64,000 nt of DNA from Marsupella aquatica (Eukaryota; Plantae; Marchantiophyta), in assembly GCA_973895155.1 (NCBI GenBank), contig OZ316891.1:26839972-26903971 (forward strand), in the 5' to 3' direction. Positions 13,704-31,500 of this stretch are shown piece after piece (the first letter of the stretch is position 1; every line of letters starts with the position of its first letter). The notes beneath the pieces were generated by a model. That model was not told the DNA's origin, did no database searches, and worked only from the letters and a program-made list of their open reading frames with translations. The translations under genes were made by a program, and so were the position numbers.

Positions 13704-13870
13704 TTTAATCATTTTGTCACTAAAGATGTTCTAATTCATAATATTACCATTGTTTTTTTTTTTATAATAAAAATGTAGCAGTTTGGTATACAGATGACAA
13801 GTTTAAAAAAAAAAAAAAAAACAATGACAGTAGTGTAAATTCAAACATCTTCCGTGACAATGTAATTAAA
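13704..13870. repeat. AT-rich fold-back (MITE-like inverted repeat) upstream of the enoyl-CoA hydratase gene
   Basis: TTTAATCATTTTGTCACTAAAGATGTT...CATTGTTTTTTT mirrored by AAAAAAACAATGACAG...AACATCTTCCGTGACAATGTAATTAAA. Confidence 0.6.
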
Positions 13871-14270
13871 AATTGCATTTTAAAATACACTTAACACACT
13901 GTCACCTTTTTAAAATTGAATTAAATAATAAATAAATGAATCTGGCTAGTGTACTAAATATGAGCTAGGAACTTCCCTTGCCACATCCTCACTGTTCCTT
14001 TTCTTGTTGGTCCCCTTGTGGAGTCTTGGCACATACAGCACAAGGAGTGTGCACTGTATTGCTTTACCTTACAAGGCCCTTCGTCCCTCCCCCACTTTTC
14101 CCCACAATTCAGCGCTGAATTGGAGGCCACGCACTAGAATGTCTGTCGACCCACATCGCCACCATCTTTTGCGATTGTTCGGTTCCATAATTGCCCCATT
14201 TGCTCTTCTTATGCTGCCGTGAAGGTGAAGAAGAAGAAGAAGAAGAAGGGTTTGGCAGATTGCAATCAAA

Positions 14271-18058
<3,788 letters not shown>

Positions 18059-21000
18059 CAAGATTATTAGTGCTGGGGAAGCCAACAATGCTATGACATT
18101 GGAGTGCAGGCAAACTTTCCTTAGTGCTGCAGTGGGGAAGGGGAAAAAGAAGGGATCAGCTAAAGAAGGTTTGTGATCTACTGCCTGCCATAAATTTTAC
18201 TCCCCTTGGAGCCAGACATATAGCATGTACTCTTCTGTAAATACTTTTCAAGTAGGTTGTTTTTGGGCACTTTATAAGTTAGTGACATCCTGTAGGCCTT
18301 TAGAAGGCACGGTGGAATGTGGAAATACACCTTTCTTTCCTGCTGAGTGTGGCTTACAGTCAGTTGGCTGTAGTAGTCTCTTTTCCAGCTCTGCCTATGT
18401 GAAGAGAAGGCGGCTTATGGCAATCCCCGTTCACCAATCTGAGATTTATGATGCCAACTTCACAGCCAATAAAACATACAGAACCCACTTGGAAGGGTTT
18501 TGTGATATTTTTGGAAGCAAAATTGTGTAGCTATTCATATTTTTATTTTGGCCACTGTTTAAGTATGTCTCTCAAAGAATTCAAAGTTTATGTGCTGTTG
18601 AAAGTATCTCACAAACGAAGATCAGATACGGAGTCTTTTGGATTTTGTTCTTGGAGTTTCTTTTTCCCTCTAGTTGCAGAGGAAATGTTTTGCAAAGGCG
18701 GGGGTATGTTTCAGAGCCATCCAAAAATAGAAATTCATGTTTGGGGGGACTGAATGCAAGCCTGTGGCGTGTTTAGACAACTGTATGCATACTCTGCCCA
18801 TTTGTATGCAGTATATGAGCAGTGGCCGGGAAATTGGCTTAACACACATGAACCCACATTAATCATATTAAGGCACGAGCTGAAATTTGAGTCTGCCCAT
18901 ATCCAGCTTTTTAATTGGGAGCTCTGTTGCCTGTCCATACTCCTGACTGTAGTTGTAGGTTATGCACCTAGCCCCATGATCTCAGGATTACTAGGTGGTT
19001 TACTCTGACCCATTAGCGGGGCAATGCTCTCTTTGCGACCTGTTGTCACTCCATTGAGTTGGCAAGGGATGCTACAGTGCCACGTTTGCTCCCAATTGAT
19101 TTTTGCCATGGTTGTTTGGTACTCATTCCGCAGATTGTGGATTTCTCTGATTTATAAGCAAATGAGTTTGCCTTAGGAAACCCTGACTTTATGTCACAAC
19201 ATACTTGTGGGTAACTGTTAGACTTGTGGGGAGGTCTGGATTCCCTATTTTACAAATGATCTGCATGAATGGAATTTAGGGGCACCAGTTCTAGACCTTG
19301 TCATGCTGGCTATCGACTGATTGGAGGGGTATCAGTACCATGGGACCTAACAGGAGTTTTTCCTGCCACAGTGAAAAAATCCTAAATATACACCACTGTC
19401 CCCTGGTAGCAAAAACCTGGTTTCACATACCATCATTTTTGGTCATGGTTTCTTTAGAAAACCCAATATTTCGACTCCTTGTTTGGCTACTGAACTCGGT
19501 GATCATCTGAAGGATTACAAAACAAGGCACTAGAAATGCAACATCAGAGGTTAGCTACCTTGTTGATGAAGAGGTGCCCAGGAGACTCAGTAAATTCATA
19601 CTGAATTTGTGGACGGCTGTGACTCGCTAGCAATGGGGTTAATTTGCCTCAGAAGGGTTCTTCGCTGGCAAAATGTTGCTCACAAAATCTTACAAACTCC
19701 CCTGGCTGGACATCAGTTTGATCATTCTTGGGACAAGTGTAGGATCTACTACCCTTCAATTGTAGCGTGGGATGTGGATTGGACCAGCCCTCACCCTTCA
19801 GAGTCTGAGAATGGCCAATAGGGTGTCTCAAAATTTCAGTTGTTACTGGTCATTGCTTTTGGCGATATAGAAATGGCGGTAACACATGGTTTAGTAAGAG
19901 AATTTTTTAGCTTTTCTCACTAGCCTCAATGGTGACTTGTGGTATGCCATATGAACCCGCTAGCTGGATTCTGAAGCCCGCCACAAAGTTTTGTGAAGGT
20001 GAACAGAAAAGGGTGACGGTAAAAATATTCAGAGTCAAAGAAATATTTATTGGCTAAAATGCTAGTGTACTCACAGCCTTTGGGTAGTCTATTGCTGGTC
20101 AAAACTTATTATTGGGAACTCGCAGGTCACTTGTTCAGCACATGAGTAGTAACCACAAATTGTTTAACCCTCTCAAGGGTAGTAAACTGCGGCAGGAAGG
20201 GTTTCATATAAGATCATTTTTTACAGCAAAAAGTTCTGGCTAATTTTGTCCCTAACCTTAACCTAAAGTAAAACAAATCAGTATACTGTTCACCATAATT
20301 TGTGTGACTAACACTAATTCAACGCACCAATTTTCATGGTCTAAATCACAAATTGGTGTTAGTCAGAGTAATTTTGTGCTAACTCTATTTTCACACACAT
20401 GAATTAGTGTTATTGTGGTCTCAAGAGTGGAAAATAAAGGGAAGAAAACTATTTTTTGACAAATCCACAATAATTAGTGTTACTTTGGACTCATGATCTA
20501 TCCATTTTTCAACGTATTAGTCAATTAAATACTATAATAACCAATTGTGCCTTTTCCCTCATCATCAGTTTACAAAATGCACTTTTGGAGGAAACTCACT
20601 ATGACTTTTCAGTTCTCCGCTCAGTAGGGTGTTAGCCTTCACGGCTCCTTTTTAGGTTTCTTTTTCATCGGCTTTTGGGTCAGGGAGCCCTTTCCCCTCA
20701 TCTTTAATTTCCTCCCCTTCATTGGGTTACTTTGCTTTTGGGATCTTGTCTCCCGGTTTGGAATTTTTTGCCTTTGGGCACCGTGATATATATATACTTT
20801 TGGAACTGAATCACAAAATGTTCTAGTTATGAGATCAGTGAAAGGAAGAATAAAGAGTAAATCCTAGCTTGGGGCATTGATGCAACTGAGCCCACACCTA
20901 GACTCACAGATTGGCATCCATGAAAGGACTCCAATGTCGAGGTAAATACCTCGAGAATGGACTGAAAAATTCTAGCTAGGGCCCCACATTACATTTAACA

Positions 21001-21152
21001 ACTTTTGGACATATGCTCGTCTCCAACTTACTCAGGAATTGTGATGAGAAGCTAGAGTTGCAGTCTAGGTTTCTAGGGTGAAGCCTCTAGACCATGACTT
21101 TAAGGCCTACAAAATTTATGTGGATATGTTATGTTAATATGCTATGCATGTA

Positions 21153-21256
21153 AAAATGATGATAATGCATGATGATTTTTGTCATCATCTCTATTAACAT
21201 TCAAAGAATGGGCAGGCTAGTGATGATAAAAAATTATCATGCATTATCATCATTTT
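21153..21256. repeat. ~35-bp-arm inverted repeat (hairpin/MITE remnant)
   Basis: AAAATGATGATAATGCATGATGATTTTTGTCATCA vs TGATGATAAAAAATTATCATGCATTATCATCATTTT (reverse complement, few mismatches). Confidence 0.75.
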
Positions 21257-22037
21257 GTCATATTTTCTTATTTAAAAAGCACAATCCAATGCTCTTTCCT
21301 GAGCATAAGTAACTGTAAGTGAGGGCATAAGTGAAAATGAGTATGCAAACAAAAACTAGGGATGGGGCAAGTATGAACAGTGTATATGGGCAATCTTTTT
21401 TCTGCAAGGTTTTTTTTTCCTCCTCTGTTTATGTCAAGGAAGAGATAATCAGGCTAGTTCACATCAAGCAAACCAATAGAAAGAGAACAGTATACCTTAC
21501 TTTTTTGAGTTGAAAAGAGATTAGTTATAGAAGAATGAAAAAGAATTTAAAGTCTATGGAGAGGTGAAGATTTTCACTTATTTTTTCTATTCTCTCTATG
21601 AACTATTTTTTCCAAGTTACATTAACCCTAAATCCAAAATTCTCCGAAGCAACAACATCATGGACCAACGATACAATGGCTGCAAAGAATGAAATGGCCC
21701 CAATGATAAGCTGATGATCGTAACTATGAAATGAACTTAAGGGCAATTGTGCTGCAGTGCATGGGCAATGGGTTCATTAGAGGATACTAAAACTACATCA
21801 AACAGTCTGCATAATCTCCTCATGAGCCCCTTGATGCCTGCCATAGCCAGCTTCTTGGGTGGCCAGTTTGGGCCTCTGGGTCTTGCTCTGAGGTGACTAG
21901 TAATGTCTTTCCCATCGATTTTGTGTGTGATGGGAAATTAAAGAGACCCTCAGCTATCGGTCAAAGATCTTTCGAATTGGGAACGGTTTTCTGAGCTCTG
22001 TCTGCAACTACTGCTGCTTTCGGCTCTGCAAGATAGA

Positions 22038-25000
22038 ATGGCCAGGATGGGATTCCAAATCCAAGTAGGAGCACAACCATCTGCGTTTCTGCCCTGGCTC
22101 CCAAGTGGCGGTGGTAGTGGAAGTGGAGCTGGTGTTTCTAGGACACGCCTACATCTGCCAGTGTCCAGAGCTGACTGCTCGCTGCGAAGACGAACAGTGA
22201 GACTGCAGCAGTCAAGTGGAGGCCTCCAATTCAGTGTTTTCCGTCGAAAGGTTTCCAAACGCGGAGTTAAATTAGAGAGAATTGGATGCTCTGTTGCCCC
22301 AAGAAGCAAGCTGGAAGAATTGTCAACTGCCGAGGAGTTGGGTGAAAAGAAATTCTCGAAGGATTTCAATGAGGCAATCAGGGGCAGAGAGGAGAAGAAG
22401 TCATCATCTGTGGCTGCCGCAGATGAAGAGGGTAGTTCATTCAACTGGTTGGCACAATGGTATCCTGTGGCAGTGCTTAAGCACATGGACGAAAGGCAGC
22501 CCCATCCAGTGACCATACTGGGCAGAGAATTGGTAATGTGGTGGGATCGATCCGGTGCCCAATGGCAAGTGTTTGCAGATGCTTGTCCCCACAGACTGGC
22601 ACCCCTTTCGGAAGGGAGAATCAACGAGCAAGGGCACTTGCAATGCTCATATCACGGCTGGTCATTCGCTCCTTCCTCTGGTGCCTGCACCTTGATTCCT
22701 CAAGCCACCAAAGATCAATTCGAGGTCAGTTCGCGCAGAATTTGGGCTGAACTCGAAAAATTGCAAAGAAGCTGACACGGTCATATTTTTGCTAGCTTAG
22801 CAGTATTTGTCACAGTTGCATTTGATGCTTGTTTTACCGTCGGAGAGAACGCTCCAAACCTCTCCCAGGACATATTTTGTGTTGAAAAGGCAATAACAAT
22901 CGACACAAATCCTTATGGTTTTCGTTTCCAAACGTAAATGTTGGGGTTAGTCAATTAAGGACGTCTATACGTTGGGTCAGTTGGCGAACCCCAATTAAGG
23001 ACATGAAAACAAATTGATTTTACAACAACGGAAGGCTGCCAGTTCTGCTGTCTCATGCTGGGATATGAATAGAAGTCTTCTTCGCAGTTTGCATGTTGCA
23101 TGTTGCACATACTTCTGCTGGGTGGGTGAGAACTCATCCTTGGACTGCACGCACTAGAACACTTACTGACAGCTTCTTGGATTTCTTGCGGTTTTGAATT
23201 CAGAAGAGAAATTTGAAGCGGTCTTGCGCAGTGGTTTACCCCTCAAAGGAACAACAGGGCGTTTTGTGGGTTTACATGGACTCCTCTGTAGGTGCAGAAG
23301 AACTTTCTGGGTTGTCCCCTCCTTTTATCCCAGTGCTGAGCGATCCTGATTTTGTCTACGACTTGGGTATGAGCGATTTGCCTTACAGGTATGTTGCAAG
23401 TTAAGAACCAATACAGCTTGACTCCTGTGCTTAAAACAGGAATTCAATTCTTGCAGTCACAATTTCCCATAAGTTGTGCTAAACGGCTTTCATTCAACGT
23501 TTGTGTTTCAGTAAAAACTGTCTCCAAGACGAGTATCGAAACTTCTCCCATGCCTGACTTACCAGGTCTGAAATTTTTGCCTTGTGATTGCCAGCTATGA
23601 GATTCTCAACGAGGACCTTTTTGATCCTGCCCATGTTCACTTTGCTCATCACGGGATCCAGGTGAGCTCGTCATACTAGCTTTCTGATCTTGAGGAATGT
23701 AACTCGCTAAGCCAAGGAATCTACTCTGTCAATGGTTTCTTGAAGCGACGTGCCTCATTTGCAGTAATTGCTATTTTCTCCTCTTTTCTTAACTTTCTAC
23801 CCTGATGATCGATGGTGTGTGTAAATAAATTAGTTCCTCTCCATTGAAGTGAAGCAACTGTTGGGACCCGGAGTAAAAGGGTAATTCATCTGGCAGATGA
23901 ATGTCCACACAAGTTGAGAGCTTTCTCGTGCAACATTTGCAGGGAAGGCGAGAAAATGCAAAGCCCTTGGACTTCCGAGTGGAAGGTATTGAAAGTACAG
24001 GTTTTCGGGGAAGGAAGGATGGCGAACAAACGTTCAATTTTACTGCTCCTTGTGTGTCAACGATGGATTTTACTCTGCCACCTCCAAGTCCGGTATGCCA
24101 AGTGTCTAGCCAAGCAGTTGAATGAACCTACATTCACTTGTTTCTGACTTCGGCCATAGCAAACAGCAAAAATGATTAGATCTATTTCACGCGAGAAATG
24201 TCTAGGCGCCATCAGCTCACATCCTCTGAGCATAGAATATGTGAAGGAAAATGAGATGTCTGAGTTCATGAAGTGAGTGGTCGTGTTGCACCTTTTGCAG
24301 GCAAAGGGACATCCTTGGGCCTTGAAGCTTCGAGAATTTATCATCTCAAAGGGATCTGCAGGCGAAGGTTCGAAGAGGCAAATTTCACTTGTATTTTTTT
24401 CTGTACCAACGTCGCCAGAAAGGAGCAGACTTTTCTTTGCTTTCCCGAGGAATTTTGCAAAGGCTGTACATAATTGGACTCCCAAATGGTGCAATCATGT
24501 AGTGAACATGACTGTTTTTGATTCTGATACGGTGTTACTGCATCTCTTGGTAATTCTTACCCCGTCATTTGGGTGATTCTGCTTGTAGGAAACTGATGCA
24601 TAGAATGAGCTTTTTTGTAAAGCACACATGCGGATGCATTTATGAAGGTTCAGGCAGATGCATAGAATGGGCTGTTGTTGTGAATCAAGTAGGTCCTGCG
24701 CCATATCTTCATTGCCCAGTGGAAACTCAACGCTTCTTACAGACGACAGAGCTTTTTCCAGACGACAGAGCTTTTTCCATCTGACCACTCAAAAGGCCGG
24801 AAACTACAAGAAGCAGTTCCTTTTGGTTCCTTGAAGATCACATTTTTGCCGGTGGTTCTAGGCAAAACGAGTATGATGCAGAACCGCGTTATTTTGCTGG
24901 GTTTCACTTGGAACGATTCCAACGGACCCTGTTAATTGAAAAGAGTCTAATCTTATCTCCTTACCTTCGCTCAGGAACGTCGATTGGAAGACAGAGGTGG

Positions 25001-25773
25001 TGTGGAAAATATTGGAAAGCTTTATTACTGCCCCACTGCGTCGGATGAATTTGTAATCTCATTCCGAAGATGGATGGAGAGGTTTGGAGGTCGCGTACCT
25101 GACTTTGGACCTAAGCCAGCTAATCGACTGCAACCCAGTGTGACAAAAAGGGTATTACTTGACAGGTATGGATAATTCTATGAACTGGACTCCGAATTGT
25201 TTTTTGTGGCATTTGTACTCACTCGTACCCATTTAAGACTTCTTGTGTGACATCAAGTCTCTTTTCTTTGCCTCCCTTCTGGCACCCTGCCAGAAGCTAT
25301 CTTGAGTGAGCACGGTGACAAGATTCCAGAATATTCTTGGCTTTGTTAGCTCATAGTAGTTGAGATGTGGTGTTCGTTTGGAGACACCTCATTTTTGGGT
25401 AAATTGGCGTTAACTTTGGAAGGACCTAACTTGCTTAGTGATTAGGTAGGTTGAGGATACACGAAAGTGTGAATGTTAATACTGGGACAGTTCCTCTTTG
25501 TGATGCAGGCAAAAGTTACATATTGCGGGCTGTACCTATTGCTCTGGCGCGTATCGAAACTTTAAGTTATTAGAATCAGTGCTTCGCGTTTTGCCTTTCG
25601 TATTGATTGGGTTGGTTGCCGCATCAAATTCAAGGGCACTGCGTGGCATAAATGGCTTCAGCGTACCTCTTCTTTCTATAGCTTTTATCAGTTTTTTAGC
25701 TTCCCGGTGGTTGCAAAATTGGATCAAGGAAACCTTTGAATTTCTCGACTATAATCACGCACTTGTAAAGTAA
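22038..25773 (+). CDS. Plastid Rieske-type oxygenase of the PAO/PTC52(ACD1-like)/TIC55 family, most like PTC52; 7 exons, ~597 aa
   Basis: Exons 22038-22724, 23204-23388, 23595-23661, 23943-24092, 24301-24549, 24975-25165, 25509-25773 (1794 nt, in frame). Transit-peptide-like N-terminus; Rieske motif DACPHRLAPLSEG...CSYHGW; mononuclear Fe motif EDLFDPAHVHFAHH; C-terminal CTYC, two TM segments, DYNHALVK end. Confidence 0.9.
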
Positions 25774-26447
25774 ATTTGAGGTTTATAAGCAAAGCTATTA
25801 AGCTTTATGTATTTGGGGAGTCAATCTTCAAATCCAGTATTCCAGAGGATATATGGCAACGATAAAGACCAATGTGCTCATGGTAGCTTTGATCCATGGC
25901 TCTGATCTATGGCAGAAGGTCTGTACCTATCAGCTTCCAAGTCACATCTGAAATGGAAATCCTCCTTGCTTGCGACTGTAATCTTCAGATAGCAACTGAA
26001 GCAAAAACCTTGCTATTGTCATCCTTATCTAGCAAATCTCCACTCCACCGGTTACGGATCCATCTAGAGGTGATCCTTTAGCAGGGTGAAGAACCAATCC
26101 ATCTGCCTCTGTGTAGATGCGGATAAATCGTGGGCAATTGTGAGTTTTCTTTTGTGCCCGATCTATAATTGTCATGGCGTCTCGATTATCTGGCACACTG
26201 TTTTCAGAAGAACCCAATGAATTTGAAGTCGTGTAAGTACTGCGTTCATCCCTCTGAACCGCCTCACGTCATTCGTATCGTTCGTGAGTGCATTGCTAAA
26301 TTGGCACATATCATTCGTTCGTCAGTGCAGTTTGTGAGTGCTGTAGCGCATCGTTTCGTTGAGCAAACCTTGAAGAACTTGCAGCTGTGATTGACAGCTA
26401 CCTTCGCCGTTCGTTCCATTCGGGCATTTGATCCCTCCTGTGGGTGC

Positions 26448-26552
26448 ATTTAGAATTGAGTTGAGTTTAGGTGAGGCGCGCATTTAGAATTGAGTTCAGT
26501 AGTTTAGGTGAGGGGAGTGTTAGAATTGAGTTGAGTTGAGTTTAGGTGAGGG
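26448..26552. repeat. Short tandem repeat x3 (TTAGAATTGAGTTGAGTTTAGGTGAG)
   Basis: Three imperfect copies directly visible. Confidence 0.7.
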
Positions 26553-26665
26553 GAGTGGAGTGAAGCTCGGATCGTATGTAGTCCCCTGATGACTAAAATA
26601 GTACTTGCAATTAAACTCCTATCAGTATTTAAAATACCTCCACTCCATATAAAAAGAGAATTGTC

Positions 26666-26827
26666 CAAAACTTTTCAATTTTTCACATTTTACTCTAGAG
26701 TGAGACCTTGCTCCACAATCTCAGGAAAAAGTAACTAAAAATGGTGCAAAACTTTTCACTTTTTCACATTTTATTCTAGAGTGAGAGCTTGCTCCACAAT
26801 TTCAGGAAAAAGGAACTAAAAATGGTG
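26666..26827. repeat. 81-bp tandem duplication
   Basis: CAAAACTTTTCA...AACTAAAAATGGTG at 26666-26746 and 26747-26827. Confidence 0.85.
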
Positions 26828-27209
26828 AAAGCTGGTGGTTCTAGGTTTTGACATGGACAGTGGCACTTTAAACTAAACATCCACTATTACCTTATTGAGT
26901 ATGTACAATACTTCCTTGCATGGATTATTCAGCCTTAGAATGTCATTTATGGTATTTGTACAATTTGTTGCCCGAGTGACAAAGGCTTGTCTGATCCCAA
27001 CTTTTGGGTGGGTTGGTGTAAAAAGCTTTTGCCCATGGTGAGCTTCAAACCCACAACCTCTGCCTTCCCACTCAGCTCAGTTGCCCTTATGCCCTCAGTC
27101 TGTTGATAAAAAAGAAGGATCCATTTATTTTGATAATGAACATCCTGCCCGGGAAGCATCTGGCAGGCAGGGGGTACAGAGTCATTAATGACTTTCCAGG
27201 GACCCGTAG

Positions 27210-27679
27210 CCCTGAATCATGGATCATGGAGGGAGGACCAGTTGTGGGGATTCTGTACATAAGCTGCCATGGATAGCAATTTTCAATCAGCCACCGCCCT
27301 GAACCCTGAATCATGGATCATGGAGGGAGGACCAGTTGTGGGGATTCTGTACATAAGCTGCCATGGATAGCAATTTTCAATCAGCCACCGCCCTGAACCC
27401 TGAATCATGGATCATGGAGGGAGGACCAGTTGTGGGGATTCTGTACACAAGCTGCCATGGATAGCAATTTTCAATCAGCCACCGCCCTGAACCCTGAATC
27501 ATGGATCATGGAGGGAGGACCAGTTGTGGGGATTCTGTACACAAGCTGCCATGGATAGCAATTTTCAATCAGCCACCGCCCTGAACCCTGAATCATGGAT
27601 CATGGAGGGAGGACCAGTTGTGAGGATTCTGTACATAAGCTGCCATAGATAGCAATTTCCAATCAGCCACCGCCCTGAA
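27210..27679. repeat. 94-bp tandem repeat x5 inside a dispersed repeat that is the MULE insertion target
   Basis: CCCTGAATCATGGATCATGGAGGGAGGACCAGTTGTG...CCACCGCCCTGAA starting 27210, 27304, 27398, 27492, 27586; near-identical. Confidence 0.92.
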
Positions 27680-27813
27680 CGGAAGCCAAGTATTGCTCCA
27701 AAGTGTCCCAAGATCAGGGCACCAATTGAGACTTAGTCTAGCCCACTTGGATGTGGCTTTGTGTGTCCTTCCTGGCTTGCCCTTGAGGTTTCCAAAGGTG
27801 TGAGGTGCTGGTG

Positions 27814-27896
27814 GAGTTATATGCTTGATGGGCCCTCTACGGAACCTTTCTTACCTGATGGGCCCCTTGGAACTTTTTTTACCCAATAGGCCCCCT
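27814..27896 (+). repeat. Left TIR of MULE (three internal TGATGGGCCC-type subrepeats)
   Basis: GAGTTATATGCTTGATGGGCCCTCTACGGAACCTTTCTTACCTGATGGGCCCCT...; reverse complement of 42386-42469. Confidence 0.93.
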
Positions 27897-28536
27897 GTCA
27901 GTATTTTTCGTCAGAAGTTCTTATCATGGGCACTATAACGGGATTTTCCGCCTTGCAGTGACCAACCACGTTTTTAAAAAAGACTATGGTCAACCATGAC
28001 TCCAGGCAAACTGCACAGTCAGACCGTGCGGTCCCTGCATGGTCGATCGACAAACCACGGAAATTATCCGGGACAAACCGCGAAAAGCCGCCGCTGCCAA
28101 AACTGCGATGTGAAGACAATATTCATTATGTCTTCGGATTCGCAATTTTACCAATGGCTGGGTAGTCATGACGTTTGCTTGTATGGGTTTTTTGCTGAGT
28201 CAACATCCTGCAGGAGAAACACGTGAAACCGCGGACACGAAGTGGGAGAAACAAAGAAATATGTGGGAGAAACACGTGAAACCGGGGACATGAAGTGGGA
28301 GAACCACGAAAAGCCGTCGCCGCTGCCCAAGCCGCGACTTGAATACAATATGGATTATGTATTCAAATTGAAATTTTTACCGTATCGCAGGGTCGTCATT
28401 AGGTTTGGTTTTCACACGGTGCACACGGGTTTTTCACGATGTTTTCATGTGCGGCTGACAGCGTAAGTGCGGAGTACCTGCGGAGTACCTCCAAATGTGC
28501 ACAGTGAATATTGAAGTCCAATGATCACAGTCTCCT

Positions 28537-31500
28537 ATGACAATGAACATGTCAGGTGCAGATGAAGAGGATAATGAAGCAGTGCAAGTGCATCTCTGGC
28601 GTAGAGGGGACGTATGCGATGTGGACATCCCGGAAGCTGACAGACCGCCACCTCAAGAGAGTCCATGTTTTGGAAGGAGAAAGAGACCCGCCTCAAACTT
28701 GGCAGCAATTCTGGAAGGGAAGAGTCCTGAGCAAGGTGAGAATTTGGTTTGCTGAAATGTGGGGGTATACTTGTTGTGGGCATTGGGCCTGAATGCCATC
28801 TCACGGCGCACTTGTTATGAAATTAATAGAACCTTGTGCGATGGAGGAAACACCTGATAAATGACTCCAATGCATTTTGGCTCCAATCTACAAGCTTTTG
28901 TTATCTTCCATGAAGATCTGTCTTCCTTGTCATTCAATTGTCAATATGGATCAATATTTATTTAAACTCATGGAATGCTTCTCTGGACTGTTTCTCTGGA
29001 CTGTGGATTCAATTGATTTGGTCTTCTATTGCTGCCTAGTACCTATATTGCCTGTATCGCAAAAGAATTGGCTTCCTGGATTGGAGAAGCATTTTTAGAC
29101 AGAAATCATTATGTCTTCACATAATTTCGTGTCCAGATTATCGTTTTCCAAGGTGAGAATTTGGTTTGCTGAAATGTGGGGGTGCACTTGTTGTTTACTA
29201 TGCCTGAATGCCATCGCCGCACTTGTTATGAAATTAGCAACCTGGATTGGAGAAGCATTTTTAGACACAAATCATTATGTCTTCAAATTATTTCGTGTCC
29301 AGATTATCGTTTTCCTTGAATGAACTATCCTTGAGTGAGTGTATTGAACTAATTGTACCTCTATTGTTTCTGGACTTTGGAAGCATTAGCCTGATTTCAT
29401 TTCATCTTCTATCCCTACACAATAATGGATTTATAGATATGTCCCCAAATAAGTCATAAGGTGTAGTGTCTGTGGACTGTAGAAGTATGTGTAGACGTTA
29501 ATAATGTTGTCTTCACACTGTATGTACAACATCGCTTGCAGTGGAAGCAGAGGCAGCCAGAATTCGCTTGGGCGAGCGATTCAGTGATTTTGAACAGTTT
29601 GGCCGTTGCTTAGATTCATGGGCTATCATGAATGGCCGTGTGGTTTCCAGATATAAAAGTAAAGGAAGCTTTCGAACTAGAGTGTGTCGATTTAGCAATC
29701 CTGTAAGAAAATCTTCCAGGATTCCACCTACTCCAGGAGACTGCAATGGTGGTTTGGTAGCTGAAGATGCTGCTGATGATGATGATGATGATCAAGGTGA
29801 AGGCCAACATGATCGCCAAGATGAAGAGGAAGAGGAATCTGAAGATGAGCTCTTTTGGCACTATGATAGTCGATACGGGGAGTACACTGGCTTCCGTGAC
29901 AAAGGTTCAGGGAAGTCTAAAACTAAGGGTCTTGCTCAGAGTCTAAATCCACATGCACAGTCTATACTCACAGCAGAACAGGTAAGTGCTCACGTGCTTT
30001 CACCAATTCTGGCAACTATCCCTTGTTGCCTTTTCAGTATTTTTGACAATGGGTGTCTTTGGACATTGTGTAGGTGGAAGACATTGAATTTGAGAAGGCT
30101 ATACTATAGATGACAGGATCCCAAAAGCAAGTTCGTGCTCCTCTTGGAGACCTTCATCCAAACAATTTGCTGAGCAAGCAACCGAGAGTCACCGCCACAC
30201 TCCCACCAGCCTTGGGAGTCCTCACAAGCAGACCTACAGCAATCATCAAGCATACTAGTGTTTGGTTGCCTGGCAGGAAATCAGGCAACAAATCAGCAAC
30301 TGGAGCATGTGGGGAGATGTCCAGATTCAGGCCGCCTGAATCTTATGATGAAGAAGGTGTTGATACTTCTTTGTCTTGCCCATTTCGAGTTCGTTGTCAT
30401 CGGCAAGCAGAAACAGGGGCCCATGTGATCACAGTGTGTGATCTCAAACACACTTGTGCAGCGTCAAAACACAAATGGAGAGGCCCAACACAGAAGTTGA
30501 TTTGGTTGGGTGATACCTTGGCTCCAAGAGTAACACGAAATTTGAAAGTGCCAGTGAAAGAATTACTAAATGGCTTCCAGGGGGACTACAAGAAGAGTAC
30601 CACTTACCACCAGATGTGGCGGGCTAAGGACTATATTAAACATATTCACCTTGGTGGACAGGAGGACACGTTCAGAATGATACCGGCACTCATTGCTAGG
30701 TTGAGGGAGGCTGACCCTGCTTGCATTGCAGAGTGGTCTCCTATGGAAGACTCTAACATTTTCTGTAGAGCTTTTATTTGCCCATCGGCTACAAGGAAAG
30801 CTCTCCAATTCGTTCAGCCGTTGATTTCGCTTGATGCCTGTCACACCAAGAACAGAAAGTACCCCACTCAACTCTTCTTGGCAACATGCTTAGATGGCAA
30901 TGCACAGAATTTCATACTTTGTTATGCAGTTGCTCCAGTGGAGAACACTGAGAATTGGATTTGGTTTCTTCAACTAGTTGATAGAGCCCTCTATGGCATT
31001 GAATCCACAATCATGCCAATCATATCAGATCGCCAGAAGGGTCTGGTTGCTGCAGTTAGAGAAGTATGGCCAGGTAAGATCCATGCAGCTTGTGCCAATC
31101 ACTTGAGGGCAAATGTCAAGACCAGGCATGGCAGAACAGCGGCTAATATATTCATTGGTTGCATTTATGCAAACGACATAATTCAGTGAGCATTACATAC
31201 CTTTCCTTTCATTTCTCAATTGCCTGTTGTAAGACATTCAATACACTATATATATACATAATGATGAATGTCTTCACTGCGATTCACAATACATATACAT
31301 AATGATGAATGTCTTCACTGCGATTCACAATACATATACATAATGATGTATGTCTTCTATGTGCCTCTATATGGGTGTGTACTGAATGCTTCAGTACACA
31401 AATGTGCATACATTTAATGATGAATGTCTTCTGTGTGCCTTTGTATGGATGGCTTGTCAATGTTTTTAGTACAGAAGTGTGCATACATAATGATGAATGT

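Noticed and set aside
30107-30109. Stop-codon readthrough or U-to-C editing rescuing the TAG codons
   Set aside because: Such editing is organellar, the transposase also has a frameshift, and mutational decay is simpler.
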